A stretch of DNA of 64,000 bases from positions 744,001 through 808,000 of the forward strand of contig NW_026782078.1 of the NCBI RefSeq assembly GCF_031769215.1, given 5' to 3'. This document shows, in pieces, positions 1 to 12,777 of this stretch. The notes beneath the pieces were generated by a model that worked only from the letters and a program-made list of their open reading frames with translations, was not told the origin of the DNA and searched no databases. Source of the DNA: Ylistrum balloti (lineage: Eukaryota). The position numbers were made by a program, and so were the translations under genes. Every line of letters starts with the position of its first letter. The stretch's first letter is position 1.

Positions 1-249
1 TAAAGAAGACGAATTATACAATTACGTCTTAATGTGACGCCATTTTAAGAAAAATATTATTTAGGCGTTATTGATTGCATCCCCTGGTAAGTATCACTTT
101 TATGGAAATTACAGATACGGTGGTCCTACGTTGAATTTATGTGCATTTCAGCTCACAAACAAAAATATTTCGCAAACTAGAACTGGAAAATTCATTTAAG
201 GGAAAGCGGAATCATCACATGTCTTATATATCTTGTTGGTTGTTTTATG

Positions 250-1020
250 GGGAAATTGTACGACTCGTGTTCTTAACTTCTCATTAACAAATGAGAACCA
301 GGCTTATAACAACGAGACCGGGAACAATGATATACATCTAGTTTCTCGTCACACATGGAAATGAAATTGTTCCCAACTAAATCATAGTTATATCACCACC
401 TTATAAGCATTAATCAACCTGCATTTCCTTTTGTGTAATTTTATTTGTCAGCTATTGACATCATTCAAAGAAGTCATGATAGCGGGAACCAGTCGTAGGA
501 CAGCAAATAAGCTGTTATATGTAAACACCTTTACTCAGGAAGTAGACTTAACACAACTAGAATAAATAGATTAAATCATTTGACAATGAGGAAATCGAAA
601 CCATACAGCTTAGTAAATTGTTGACTGCATTGTAATCAAAGATCGAGACAACATGTTATCTAGATAATCATGGCTGTGACATTCAACACTGTTGGGTAAG
701 ATCAATGACGGTTTTGTCATATAAAGACGGAACAAAATAGTGAATATGAGTAAAAGTAAAATATCAAAAAATATCAAGCTCTTTATTACCTGTTTCAATA
801 ACCGATACGATTAATTCGAATCTGTTTGTAAGATTGAGTTATCTAGTAAAGGGAGCGCAGTTAGTTGGGTATGCCATGAACTGTTTAAAGCTTCTAACAG
901 CAATCTCATCGAAGATATTGTCAGCCATAAATTCGATCATTCTCAGGAGTTCATCCTCGGTATATTTCCTCTTTGCTTCAGAAGAACCTTTAACGAAATA
1001 ACACTGAATATTCTTCTAAA
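250..1020 (-). mobile_element. Degenerate Penelope-like retroelement (PLE) reverse transcriptase fragment
   Basis: The minus strand reads YFVKGSSEAKRKYTEDELLRMIEFMADNIF...NCAP..., followed by thumb-like segments, with many stops and frameshifts. It matches from memory the RT of invertebrate PLEs and resembles other fragments in this window. Confidence 0.6.
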
Positions 1021-3925
1021 AAAAGATAAATAAAGATGTCAAAACTAGAGAATGCAGGCGCTACGTTCCTTTAGCTGAGAATATGGTTTAGTCGTTTAAA
1101 AAAAATGGGAAAAATAAAATGTTTTCACGGAAGAGATTTTTTGAGCGTACATTTCATCATTTCTACTGTTAGAGTAAACAGTACTTTAGAAGACTATAAC
1201 CCTGTTTTAATAGCAGAAATGATGGCAATAACGACTGGATGAGCCAACAATATAATGGTACTTATACAGTGTAAATGAGGAAATCCCATGACATTGTCAT
1301 TAACAGGTTATCAGGAGGATTTTTAATGAAGTTTGATAGTCTTTAGAAAGATTGGATAATTCATAGGTAGGGTTTCTCCTATAATCAAACAAGCCTTGGT
1401 GTTCTTGTAAACATGGAATATCTATTTATATCATCTGACTTTGATCAAGGTGTTGAATGTTTTATGAAGTCACCGGCAGTAAGACATACAGATTTGTTTT
1501 TTGTTTTATAACTTAGCTGTTTATTCTTAATTACTTAATTGAGTTGATACACCCTGACAATGAATCGTACGCAGCAGCATATATGGTAGTACCCATTCGC
1601 TAGCTTGGTTTTCCATAGCATCCATGAATATATTAAGAATGCATGTTCAGTGTTTTAGAATAAACATGTAACCTTTTTGTTGAGGTTAAGGAAAGCGAAA
1701 GTGTTTTTCTCTATAAAGCCAAAATATATTTTAAGACGTTGGCTACGCATTCTATTTATCCTGCAACATCTAATGCAAATTCTGCCAATTGAAACTTCAG
1801 AGTCTGTTGTTCAATGTTTGTTTATCTGACGTTGACGTTTCACAGAGTTATGTCTGATGACATAAGTCAAAATTATTTCTCGGAAAACAGAGATTCAAAC
1901 TTCAAATGATATAACTGCAATTTAATTAATTTGCTTAGAATAACCTTGTTTGCTTCAACAAATAAAATTGTTTATTTGGAAAGTTATTGTTATCTTCAAA
2001 TGTAATATTTCTGTAAACCAGAATGTAATTCTATGTGTTAAAATACAGCTGTTTTCTGTCTCTGCCGAATACATGAATACATGTTGTGAGTGTATTCCGA
2101 CAATGACAAGTAAAATTCATATTTTGGGTAATAGAGTTTCTGGATATTTCGGCCTCTCACATAACAAACACCACATATTGGATGGAATAATGACTAGACT
2201 GTAGCTTCATGTACAACTGGACTATGACTTTGTGGAAAGATAAAACATGCTGAAGAATTAGCTCTATTTAGATATTCTGAATTCATCAAGCAATGAAAAG
2301 TATGTTGATTAATGCAATTAATGTCACCATGGTAGAATGTTGATTCGACGTACTTGTTTGAAAACTCGACTTTCTCGAATTACCGAGTTGCCGGAATACC
2401 TTGTCCGTCCGTACAGACAGACTTAGTCTGCTTTGTGCTTCATCATCAGTGATAACAATTTGTCTAGCCTGCTTCATACATCTAATCTATCCTTTGAGGA
2501 CTTCTTAATGATGCTAGCGTATATACTTATATTTAAACTACAAGCTAAGGATATCACAATAGGCCTAAACAGGATTATACAAAAGACACACTTGAATCGG
2601 CGCTTCCAATACAAATTAGGAATAATATTCAGCAGAGTCAAATAATGATATATACACCATCATACTACTGTTTCGTCCCTTGGTTAGGCACGAGCCAAGA
2701 TGAGACAAGTTCATTATTCAATCAAACTGGTTATTGTCAAAAATCATCATCTGACAGAAATATATTTTGTACATTTATATGACACGTGGGAACAAAAACT
2801 TAGTCATCGAACTGATGTCTTGTACTTGTTATATCACTGTCTGTCACTGTCTGTACCTCAAATTGATTCATCAATGTTGCAACATTTAACGATCTGAGTA
2901 TGCCCGCAAATTCTAGAAGTAGTCAATTAGTGTTTCGTGTTAACTGATGGGTGATATTACCCTACACAGCTGTTTGCTTTGATACAATTAATCACTGCTG
3001 TTTATCATTTATTACACAAATATCATTCTATACAACAAACCCAAATAGGAGTCTCATCCGAGAAATACATCCAATTATCAAATTATGTAATACAGCGCAC
3101 AATCTTGTCGGAATGTCCAGGTAGCTAGAGTATATGGTGCAGTTTCTAATCAATTTATAAAATGAAACACAGTCATAACGTAATTGTTTCAATATAAAGT
3201 ACTATTATGAACGAGTAAGGATCTACCGTACGATACACATGTAGTGTGCACACATAGAAATTTTCTTGAGCACAAACAATTGTACAATGCGAGTTTAAAC
3301 ATTTTCATTATTGATAAAGCATCTTGAAACATCTAGAGAACTTGAAGACTTTCTGTTGGATCAGGATTGCTATTTCACTATTAGTACAAATCCATTTTTC
3401 AAACAAAATGAAGGTTTAGATCATAAAGCAGGATGATTATAGAAGTTAAATATTTGATAGTACATTTGCTGTTTTGTAATGTTTCAATGCATTGTACAGT
3501 GTATGACAGAAATCAATTAGACAATCATATCACATTGCGCTCGGTTCATTAGGAAATTTGTTTACATGAAATATTGAAATGAATGAATATATCGACATTT
3601 TCAATCGTTATTACACAGGTCTATTTTCATAAACGCTTAAAGAAAAAAATAATGACACGGCCAACGAAAGGAAGAATACCTAACAAACATTGCCGATGTC
3701 ATTTAACACTGCAAAGCACTTTTATCAAACGCTGGGTTTTTTGTTTGTTATAATTTCTTAGCAACAACATTTAGCTAAGTATCAAATGCTGGTACGGTTA
3801 TTTTTTTATATTTTTTTATTTTTTGTTTTGTTTTGCTTGTTTTCTTTTGTTTTTCAGTGTCAGGGCACAACACATGGTAAATGTCAGTTGTCAAGGTTGT
3901 AATATTAATCAATACAGTTACCTTA

Positions 3926-4031
3926 TATACCTGTATACAGGTAGATAGGTACCAGCATGTTAAGTCAACATATATATATATATATATATACCTGTATACA
4001 GGTAGATAGGTACCAGCATGTTAAGTCAACA
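3926..4031. repeat. Direct duplication of ~45 bp separated by an (AT)n microsatellite
   Basis: tatacctgtatacaggtagataggtaccagcatgttaagtcaaca occurs twice. Each copy contains the 16-bp palindrome tacctgtatacaggta. Confidence 0.85.
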
Positions 4032-4052
4032 GGTATCTCTACATCAGTCTTA

Positions 4053-4075
4053 GTCACATGATCATCATTATAAAA
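4053..4075 (+). promoter_or_regulatory. Putative core promoter of gene 1: E-box (GTCACATGA) plus TATA box
   Basis: gtcacatga at 4053-4061 and tataaaa at 4069-4075, ~50 nt before the ATG. Confidence 0.45.
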
Positions 4076-4125
4076 CACAGTGTCTCGGATGTGAAACATG
4101 TAGTGTGTTTGAGACCAGGACAACA

Positions 4126-7100
4126 ATGCTCGTGAAAACATCTCTCCATCTCGTGGTGCTGGCTGGTTTGGCCCTCTCAGTGGTATCCAGCCATATTGTT
4201 AAGGGAAAGGGAAACAATGACGACCAGCCTGGACAATCTAGACACGACGGGAAACGGGCCATGGACAATATGTACAAAGGCAAGTCGAGAATTATACCTG
4301 ATAAACAGTATATAATATTTGAAATTGTGAAAAACAACCTTGAATTTGCAACTGGAGTCTTTTTTCATTTGTTAGTAATTGGTATTAGCATTAAGTTGAG
4401 AACTAAAGTTTTCTTTATAAATGCTTAGTATTTTCATTCGATTTTATTTAAAGAAAATATTAGTTTTTTCCTAAAAAAAAATAGCGAAAGACACATAATA
4501 AAGCATATCGTATCATGGATATCGCAAATGTAATTATACTCCAAAGTCGGTATCGTAACACCGCCAATATTTGGTTATTAACATTATTTTGACGATACAA
4601 TGTATTTGACATCACAAGAATTATGACTATGATTTACAACCAAACCATGATATAGATAAAATGTTGTAATTTCTTAAATGTATACAAAATGTGCAGGTAT
4701 GATGGAGTCTTTTAAGACAAGTTTTGTTCCCGGATCCAAGAAGGACGACGGTAATGGTAATGGTGGTGACGCTTCCCCTAGTGATTGGAAGAATATGATA
4801 CCGGGTTTCGCGAAAGGTTTTATTCCTGATAGTGCAGAGGTATGTACAATATGGGTAGAGTTCTTTACAGATTTAGCACAGGTACGTAATGCAAGGCTAT
4901 ATAAATGTACTGGGATTGTAGAGTTACGCACGGTGAGGAATCGGTGTCTTTATGTTGTAGTTGTAGAGGTACGTAAGTTAAGGCTATATAAATGTACTGG
5001 GATTGTAGAGTTACGCACGGTGAGGAATCGGTGTCTTTATGTTGTAGTTGTAGAGGTACGTAATGCAAGGCTATATAAATGTACTGGGATTGTAGAGTTA
5101 CGCACGGTGAGGAATCGGTGTCTTTATGTTGTAGTTGTAGAGGTACGTAATGCAAGGCTATATAAATATCCTGGGATTGTAGAGTTACGGAAGTTGAGAA
5201 ATCGGTGTCTTTATGTTGTAGTTGTAAAGGTACGTAATGCAAGGCTATATAAATGTACTGGGATTGTAGAGTTACGGAAGTTGAGGAATCGGTGTCTTTA
5301 TGTTGTAGTTGTAGAGGTACGTAATGCAAGGCTATATAAATGTACTGGGATTGTAGAGTTACGCACGGTGAGGAATCGGTGTCTTTATGTTGTAGTTGTA
5401 GAGGTACGTAATGCAAGGCTATATAAATGTACTGGGATTGTAGAGTTACGGAAGTTGAGGAATCGGGGTCTTTATGTTGTAGTTGTAGAGGTACGTAATG
5501 CAAGGCTATATAAATGTACTGGGATTGTAGAGTTACGCACGGTGAGGAATCGGTGTCTTTATGTTGTAGTTGTAGAGGTACGTAATGCATGGCTATATAA
5601 ATGTACTGGGATTGTAGAGTTACGGAAGTTGAGGAATCGGGGTCTTTATGTTGTAGTTGTAGAGGTACGTAATGCAAGGCTATATAAATGTACTGGGATT
5701 GTAGAGTTACGCACGGTGAGGAATCGGTGTCTTTATGTTGTAGTTGTAGAGGTACGTAATGCAAGGCTATATAAATGTACTGGGATTGTAGAGTTACGCA
5801 CGGTGAGGAATCGGTGTCTTTATGTTGTAGTTGTAGAGGTACGTAATGCAAGGCTATATAAATGTACTGGGATTGTAGAGTTACGGAAGTTGAGAAATCA
5901 GTGCCCTTATATAGGTAAGGATATATCAATGTAAAGATTGATATTGTGTTTTGTATCTAAACAAATCATTTCTGATGCTACCTAGATAAGTGTCTATGGT
6001 ATATTGCTTGTTTTTATCATTATTTCTTTGCTGGGGTATGTAATATACGTAATTTTATGATAGTGAACATATTTCCTGTTTAAGATTGAGATAATGGGTT
6101 AAAATATAATAACATGAACGTTGAATGAAAATTGCGGAAATGTTTTCAAAATGAAAATGAGGCTGACACCATATATATTTCCCGTTTCTATTTTATTGAC
6201 GAATTAGAATTTAATGATTAATAATTTTATAAAGGAAAGTAACAAATTCTGATCTGGTTCGTTCTAGTTTGATGTAATATAAGCATGTTTTTGCTGTACG
6301 AGTTGATAGTTAATTATTCATACTTCATATAAAAGATGTATAAGTGTTTTGTGTTTTCACCAGGATGGTACAGATAACAGCACTGTCAGTGAGGACGCTG
6401 TTACAGATTCTTCTGCCACAAACTCAACTTCAATGGGCATCGAGGGATCGTTCAAGGTCAACGCTGCCCTCAAAGATGACAAATCCACTGCAGACGAAAC
6501 AATGACGTCACAAGATGGCGAGTCAGTCGATACCACCGCGCTACCGGAAGTTCTGTCAACTGACGACAATGTTCCGTCGGAATATGGACTTCTTACTGGT
6601 GAGAATGACCTAGCGAATATCAATACACAGTCAAGCGAAACAGGAGCAATGGAAACTCCAACAGATTTGTCTGGCACAAATGAGGAACAAGATGGTGACA
6701 TGACACAATTAGAAAACGATTTAGCGGAAACAACAGATGAAGACCTTAATCCTCAGGGAGACACTGGCACACAGTTAGATGATACAGAAACAGATTTGAA
6801 AGAAAAGGAGCCGGACACAGATGCAAAAAAGGTATATACCTAAGAATTAAGGCATTCATTATGTTGTTAAAATATTTGCTGATTTTTTTTGTAGTGATCA
6901 AGACAGGGCACTACCTAGATGACGTCACGATAATTATCACGTGATGTTCAGGAAATATTAACTGTTCAGGATCACATTGTTTGTCTACGTTATAATGATT
7001 TGTATTGTTTATGTTGAAAGTTATTGAATTGACTAAGAACGAACAATACTCTTCACTTGTATGATGTATATGTAATTAATTATTATTATTAACTGTCAGT

Positions 7101-7405
7101 TACCAGAGCGAAAAAAAAATTCATGTAAAAATATTGAAGAATTTCAGTTTCGCAGCCGATTAGAATTATTAGAATCATCAGCTCGAAATGACGACCCCAA
7201 TATGATTCTTGTGAAGATATTCTGTGTTATTGTTAGATTTCTACGTAAGCTATATAATTACCACTTTTTCTATGCGTTATTGGACATGCTAACCGAGCAT
7301 ATATAGTCTATGTTTCTAAAGATGGCTATGAGTGGTAAGGCGTCCCTCAAGCACGATGAGAAGCCGGTCACTGATGTAGAAGAAAAGAAGGAAACTACCA
7401 TTTAG
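4126..7405 (+). CDS. Cluster gene 1: secreted acidic low-complexity protein, 282 aa, 4 exons (4126-4279, 4697-4839, 6364-6831, 7322-7405)
   Basis: Signal-like MLVKTSLHLVVLAGLALSVVSS, then ...HDGKR-AMDNMYK. Intron 1 has a GC-AG donor (AAAG|gcaagt). Exon 2 reads G-MMESFKTSFVPGSKK...WKNMIPGFAKGFIPDSAE, exon 3 is D/E/T-rich, exon 4 reads MAMSGKASLKHDEKPVTDVEEKKETTI*. Phases 1,0,0 are consistent and the total of 849 nt is divisible by 3. AATAAA at 7422-7427; TATAAAA at 4069-4075. Exons 1-2 are clearly homologous to gene 2. Confidence 0.8.
4882..5910. repeat. 87-bp minisatellite, ~12 copies, at the start of gene 1 intron 2
   Basis: Unit gtacgtaatgcaaggctatataaatgtactgggattgtagagttacgcacggtgaggaatcggtgtctttatgttgtagttgtagag. 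Confidence 0.95.
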
Positions 7406-7770
7406 TCCTCACGGTACCACTAATAAAACATTGAATAACTGAACATGTACGTAACTGTAGTCTTTAATGCTGATTATAGATATAGTAAAATAACAATTCT
7501 CAAAAAGTACAGGCAATGTCCCTGTATTAAAGTTATTGAAACATTGATATAACACAAACTAAATTATCATTTCATGTGTGTTGCAACAATGCAACATGGA
7601 GTGTTTTGAGTATTACTGCTTGTGCTTTGAAATAATGTTAATCTATAGAACCAAATTAAATGTTTTAACTCAACACTTGTTTGTTCGCCCCAATTTGTTA
7701 AGAATATCTTAATATATCGTCAATTGATTACAGATCTTTTTCTTATTTTGTTTTGTCTTGTATATTTCAG

Positions 7771-7803
7771 ATTCCCACCAATCCAAACATGGCAATCCTG
7801 TAA
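7771..7803 (+). CDS. Candidate alternative last exon of gene 1 (IPTNPNMAIL*)
   Basis: Long pyrimidine tract ending tttgtcttgtatatttcag|ATT, phase 0, stop at 7801-7803, AATAAA at 7839-7844. Confidence 0.35.
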   Translation: MPTNPNMAIL

Positions 7804-8639
7804 ATATCTCGTATATAAATGTACAACTGCAGAAAACCAATAAAATGGTTTACAAGAAAACTGACATTGTTTGGTCTTACTTTCAAATATCCCTAAAATA
7901 TGTTCTAACCTAGAGATAGAAACTTATCTGTGTTACAACCTATCAATAATGGTTTAAATGACAGGTCACATGGACCTTGTTGTTTCATTGACAGTTCACA
8001 TTGACTTTATTTTCCAATGACCCTATGACCTCTTGAGTCCAGTACAGATCACCTTATTCTCTAGACGTGATTGCAAATTGTATCAATTGAATGTGAACTG
8101 TATGATTATTCATCTTTTATCAAACCCGTCACACTAGCAACATGAATGCTTGACTAAGATATTAAAGGAGGGACTCACTATAAGCTACACCTTACAATAT
8201 ACGAAATCTATGGAAATGGGGGAAGGTTAGTCAGTATTTTAGGATACTATTCCTGAATTTATATTGGAGATCTCGCGAAGGCATCAGATGTCACTCACAC
8301 AAGGTAAAGTAAACAATGATATCAGAAATCGTTTTCCTAATAAAGTAGAATTCATCAAATGAAATTGGCTACCGTTTCTTGAACAAAGTTGAAAGCATAC
8401 TTTTTTCTTGACACTCGGATAGGATGTAAAATTTAGATAATGAAGCACTGAATACAAAACGAAAACTTTATTTGAAAAACAAAGATGAAAGTTTTGTTAC
8501 GATGTTACCAAATGCATACTTCTAGATAACAAATAACGATTGATTATCATACCGCCTTTAAAATTGTTATTAGGGTATTCATTCTTCTGGAAACAATATA
8601 ATAATATTCTTCAATTATATATGAATTTGTTTTTAAAAA

Positions 8640-9591
8640 ATTCTGATTAGAAATAGCGATAAGTCTTTTATTGCCAAAAGGATAATGGCCGTCTGTCAAT
8701 CATTTCGTATTCTCATTAGCAACTAAATCAAACGGGCACAACCAAGGACCAAGGGAAACCTATCTGTGGAATTCGAGAATGATACATCCAGTACCTCTCA
8801 AAAATAGGGATAACAAACTAATTCAAAATCCAAGATGGCCTCCTATCAGCCTTTTTATCTGATCAGTCACAAAATCAAACAGGCACAACATGGAATCAAT
8901 GCCAATTTACTTATAATATTCTCAAGAAAAAATTGAAAACAAGCTTTAATTGTCAAAATCAAACATGGCCATCTTGTTTTGTGATCAGTCCCAAAATCAA
9001 ACGGTCACAACCAGGGATCAGGGGAAAACTACACATGAAATTTGAGACAGATCTATCAAGTACTTCTCAAGAAATATGCTAACAAACTTTCGTTGTAAAA
9101 ACCCAATATGGTCGCCTATAGGCTATTTTATTGTCTGAATCGTCCCAAAATCAAAAGGAACCTGTGTTTGATATTTGAGAGAGAACCATCCCATACTTCT
9201 CAAGATATAGCGATAACAATATTTCACCATAAACCCAAATATCAGTCGGCCAAAACCAAAACAGGAATACCTAGGGGACAAGAGTAACTTACATGAAATT
9301 TGAGAGATTCATACAGTACTTAATAGCGATAACAAACTTTCTTAGATAAAATGTAAAAATCAAGGAAGACCGCCTGTCGACAATTTTGTTTTTTTCTGAT
9401 CAGTCTTAAAAATCAAACGGACATAACTTAGGATCAACGGTGATCATGATCTACATATGAAGTTTGAGAGATCCATCCAGTACTTGTCAAAAAATAGCAA
9501 TAACAAAAATTGTTAAATGAAGGATCGACCACGGACTACTAACGGAGGATAATTTTAATAACCGACCAGCATCAGATGGTGGGCTTAAAAA
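8640..9591 (-). mobile_element. Helentron-associated (HINE-like) non-autonomous element with degenerate internal ~130-140 bp tandem repeats
   Basis: The minus-strand end reads tttttaagcccaccatctgatgctggtcggtt..., a T-run plus an imperfect subterminal hairpin. Repeated internal blocks (aaaatcaaac.ggcacaac...gaaatttgagaga.atcca.cagtacttctcaagaaatagcgataacaaa) follow. The family assignment is from memory. Confidence 0.45.
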
Positions 9592-9689
9592 GGAAAGTCA
9601 ATACCGAAAAATCCACGTGCAATGAAGGTTTGGAAAATATATTGTGATTTTTAAGGAACGACAACTCTGGCAGAGATTTGTATCACATA

Positions 9690-9820
9690 AGACGGGGAGT
9701 ACATCGACAGGGGTCATGGCCCGTGTGGGGACTGTCCACTCTCAGCACGCTAAGATCCCTCTGTGGCTTTTAGAAAAAGCGTAGTCGTAATAACGTCGGT
9801 CCAGGGGTTTCTGGATAGTG
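9690..9820 (+). mobile_element. Possible SINE core fragment (Deu/Nin-like)
   Basis: GC-rich island ggcccgtgtggggactgtccactctcagcacgctaagatccc resembling SINE core domains; recalled similarity only. Confidence 0.25.
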
Positions 9821-10974
9821 TTAGGATATACAAATACTTTTAAGGCATTTAACAGACTTTAAAATTATCCTCATATAAATAAAATCTGAGTAAACCCCCT
9901 ATTCTTCCTTTCATCTTCTGGACATGTTTCAACTGAGTTGGTATAAGGCATTATTAGGCTTTGGAGCCGTCTTCTAAAACTAGTATAAATAAACGTTAAC
10001 CGATGCCGACGGTTTCATCCTACTGAGGGGGGTGCAGGTCGCCCCCTCACGTCGCCATAACTCTGACGTTTGTCGGTGAGACGATACTTGGACACGGGAG
10101 GGGAAAAACAGAATTCCTGTCAAACTACCAAGCAGACAGGAGTCACTAATTTCCGGTTCCCACCACCATACGTTCGGTTCTCCCTCTGACCTCAAATTTC
10201 CTATCCCATATCCGAATTTTCTCCCTTCAAAATGGCATATAACAGTTTTGTTTAGAAGATATACACGTTTATTATTTACTTACATTGATGTCCTAATGAA
10301 GGAACATTTTATAACCAGTAGTAATGAGACAGGTTCTTATAAAGCGTCCAAGTGAACAGTCAGTCGATAGTTGTGTTCTATATAGTAGTTCTTGTTCGAT
10401 TTCGTTAAATTGTGTAGAGTTCTCACTTGTCAGTATTTCTTTAGTTATAACACTCTAGTTACTTGTCGATTGAAATGCTGACATTCGTGACCATGATGCT
10501 CTTGTCTACCCTCTTGTTTAATCTCTTGATCAACTGTAGACATGGATGACAAGTTCAAAATTTTCATATTCTTTAACTGATATATCGAAGGCATATACAT
10601 CTGCAGTCTCGTCTTATGTTCGTCCAAATTGTGATACCAAATAAATGTAGATACGTGTTTGCAAAAACAAGATTTTTGTCTTTGTTTGTATTCATAATAT
10701 ATCGATACCATAAATCAACAGGTTAACTTGGCATTTATCAAGATATCGAAGAGAGATAATGAAAAATATTTATTGGTGCCGTGAATGACATTTTCTTGGA
10801 TAAATTACATGTTGACATGTGGCATTGACAAAATCTGATGGTACTTTGTTCTTTTAAGTATTCAAAACGAAAAAAAGAACACTGTCTGAACATATTCTAG
10901 ATTAGACCCCATAATTAACTCTCTGTAACACTCTGTTAACATGTACTGTAGTACATTAACACTGCGGTTACATG

Positions 10975-11325
10975 AATCCTATTATTATTATATATAAATG
11001 TATATAGAAACAATGTGTACGTGTATTATTCTATCACTATATATAAATGTATATATAAACTATGTTATTAAATCTATTATTCTATCACTGTATATAAATG
11101 TATATAGAAACACTGTGTACGTGTATTATTCTATCACTATATATAAATGTATATATAAACTATGTTATTAAATCTATTATTCTATCACTGTATATAAATG
11201 TATATAGAAACACTGTGTGTAAATGTATTATTCTATCACTGTATATAAATGTATATAGAAACACTGTGTATAAATGTATTATTCTATCACTGTATATAAA
11301 TGTATATAGAAACACTGTGTGTACA
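10975..11325. repeat. AT-rich ~45-bp tandem repeat
   Basis: Repeated tattattctatcactgtatataaatgtatatagaaacactgtgt. Confidence 0.85.
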
Positions 11326-12777
11326 TGCTTTATTTCATATACATGAGCACCTCTATCATTTTAGCAACATATTACAACGCAGTCATGTCTTCTGTCCCAA
11401 CATTTTGTTTTGTTCATGGTGTCTTTCTGTCAACTTTATCGATGTCATTATATTTGTCACCACTTTGTACATGATATTTTAAGATTTTAAATAAGGTGTA
11501 TTTTAAGAGATTGGATGGATTATAACATTAATACATGTACAACTAAATATCATTTCCAGTTTGTGTTAGAAAGCATATATGTTTTGTTAAATCAATACTT
11601 TCAACCAAATAAACCATGCAATGTTGTTTAGTCATTAAGAAAAGGCTCCTGATTTAAGAATATACACATAAACATTCGTGAAATCAATGTATGATAAAGA
11701 ATTTTACAAAAGACAAAGTGAATAACACTTTTCAATATAAATTTAAAGATAATGGTGAGCTGAGCCCCAAATTCGAATACACTGCTGGATTCATATGAAA
11801 AAATGGCCGAAATTGGAAAAACATAGTAAAAGGGCTGACGGAGAAACGTGTAAGTATACTAAATCATACATTTAAATACACGCATCAGTATATGGAAATG
11901 TACTTCCATTTGTAAGGTATATATCTATTTCATGATAGATGTGACTAGTATAAGACAGTTTCATCATTCTAACACAAACATTGATAAGCGAAAAATACAC
12001 GTTAGCGCTTTATGACTAATCAGTTATAATTACAATAACACCCAATACATATGTTTGTTATTACGCACTTCAGTATGACCTAGAGGGGCTATGGCTGCCT
12101 GAATGTTCCTGTTGTTTTCATTTTGACGTCATAGCTTTATGACGTGATATGCATTGTGACATCACCAAAAAATTATAGAATGAGCGAGAATATATCAATT
12201 TAACATTTTGTATCGGTTAAATTAAATACTATTTGCATTAATGTCTGTGAAAGTTTACTTTCTAAAAAACATAACATTGGTTTTCCATTTCATATGAAAC
12301 TCGACGCGATTTTTTTTACCTTTCTATCACGTGGTAAATGGAGAACGAAGTAACCAGTACTGACATTGGTTTAAGCATAGTCTCGGTATACACATTTAGA
12401 ATAGAAAAGAGAGAAAAAAAGGAAAAAACGCAAAAAAGCAACACGATCTGAATAGTCTTAAAGTTAATTTGAAGCATTTGAAACCGTTTCTATCCCTATA
12501 TTTTTGTCTTTCGACAAAAGCTTTGTCCTAAGTAATAAAGATATATGTTTTGATGCACACTGAAACAGCTTTTCCAATGAATATGAAATATTTATTGTTG
12601 GACACCTGTCAGTTGTACAAACACATTACTAGTGTATTGTCTCTTTGTTTAACTACCAGCATTATGCTGATTATAGATATACATGTAAAAATGCGTCACC
12701 AAATGGATCTTAGTGTGATCACGTCATTTACCTAAGAAGGCATAGAGACTGTGTTGTATTAAACATTCGTGGACACT

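Noticed and set aside
4865-5929. 354-aa minus-strand ORF
   Set aside because: Antisense reading of the 87-bp minisatellite, with no unique sequence or splice support.
6357-6701. Antisense ORFs over cluster exons (also 14151-14393, 21584-21970, 21995-22384, 24895-25167, 49921-50277)
   Set aside because: Shadow ORFs of low-complexity, GC-richer coding exons on the opposite strand.
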